From positions 1-24,753 of IMG/VR virus record IMGVR_UViG_3300027278_000044: a DNA stretch of 24,753 nt; one strand, given 5' to 3'. The notes beneath the pieces were generated by a model. It searched no databases, had not been told where the DNA came from, and was given only the letters and a program-made list of their open reading frames with translations. Of the stretch, positions 24,380 through 24,753 are shown in pieces; the stretch's first letter is position 1; each line of letters starts with the position of its first letter. The translations under genes were made by a program, and so were the position numbers. The stretch is from a virus. Taxonomy: Duplodnaviria > Caudoviricetes.

Positions 24380-24753
24380 TGTCAGAAAATAAAGTAATAA
24401 AAATAGACACATATCTAAATGACCAGCGTCAGGAATGGACTGCCAAAATTAGAGAGCTTGCAAAATCATTTAAGAACGTTGATGACCTGAATGAGGCAAT
24501 GGTACTTATTCCGTCTTATAGACAAATTATCATTGAACAAATCGCACAACTCAACATTAAGATTAAACAGCAAGAAGCAAAGCTTGCTAAAATATACAAA
24601 TCATCGTATGTCAAATACTTTGAATACGATTATAAACTAACTGATAAGCAGAAGGAATCATTTTTGAAAGCCGACATGTCGGACGACTCAATGGTACTAA
24701 GCTTACTTGAAACGCAGATGGATTTCTTGCGTGAATCGGTGAAGACTCTAGAT
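24379..24753 (+). CDS. UvsY-like recombination mediator protein (3' truncated; missing from the ORF track)
   Basis: Open to the window end: MSENKVIKIDTYLNDQRQEW...YVKYFEYDYKLTDKQKESFLKADMSDDSMVLSLLETQMDFLRESVKTLD. It is all-helical, with the Y..Y.L...E....L.AD...LE...DFL pattern of UvsY, and lies near gp32 and primase. Confidence 0.6.
   Translation, partial: MSENKVIKIDTYLNDQRQEWTAKIRELAKSFKNVDDLNEAMVLIPSYRQIIIEQIAQLNIKIKQQEAKLAKIYKSSYVKYFEYDYKLTDKQKESFLKADMSDDSMVLSLLETQMDFLRESVKTLD

Noticed and set aside
1-24753. Stop-codon recoding (no gene ends in TAG)
   Set aside because: All long ORFs are intact under the standard code and tile the window. None needs TAG or TGA read-through, and TAA preference is expected at this AT content.
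1-24753. CRISPR array, tRNA/rRNA, intron, intein, DGR repeat pair or transposon
   Set aside because: I saw no regularly spaced repeats, cloverleaf, interrupted ORFs, intein terminal motifs, reverse transcriptase or transposase. Intergenic space is too small outside 21786-22186.

Overview
This is a gene-dense, AT-rich segment with every credible gene on the + strand. It most likely comes from a large contractile-tailed (myovirus) phage distantly related to T4. Positions 1-20767 form a virion module: the end of a gp13-like neck gene, gp25- and gp6-like baseplate wedge genes, a gp7-like/PKD protein, several very large unrecognised structural proteins (631, 1134, 1480 and 691 aa), a collagen/collar fibre protein, a membrane-anchored 252-aa protein and a gp3-like tail-tube-fold gene. 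Next come a glycine-zipper protein and a RuvC-like resolvase. After a regulatory intergenic region (21786-22186) there is a replication/recombination block: gp32-like SSB, gp61-like primase and a truncated UvsY-like gene. AT-rich leaders without Shine-Dalgarno sites suggest a Bacteroidota host (inference). The best leads are: (1) a candidate single-protein spanin with an N-terminal TM helix and a C-terminal beta-hairpin ending in Phe; (2) a 122-aa acidic-propeptide plus glycine-zipper protein that could be a protease-activated, capsid-packaged membrane-active peptide; (3) a recurrent RATATATA late-promoter-like motif and a TGAAAC...TATAA promoter class that includes an antisense copy facing the resolvase; (4) an SSB that appears to lack its zinc site and has a T4-gene-32-like TTAAA-repeat leader. 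All family assignments come from motif recognition by eye, not from database searches.
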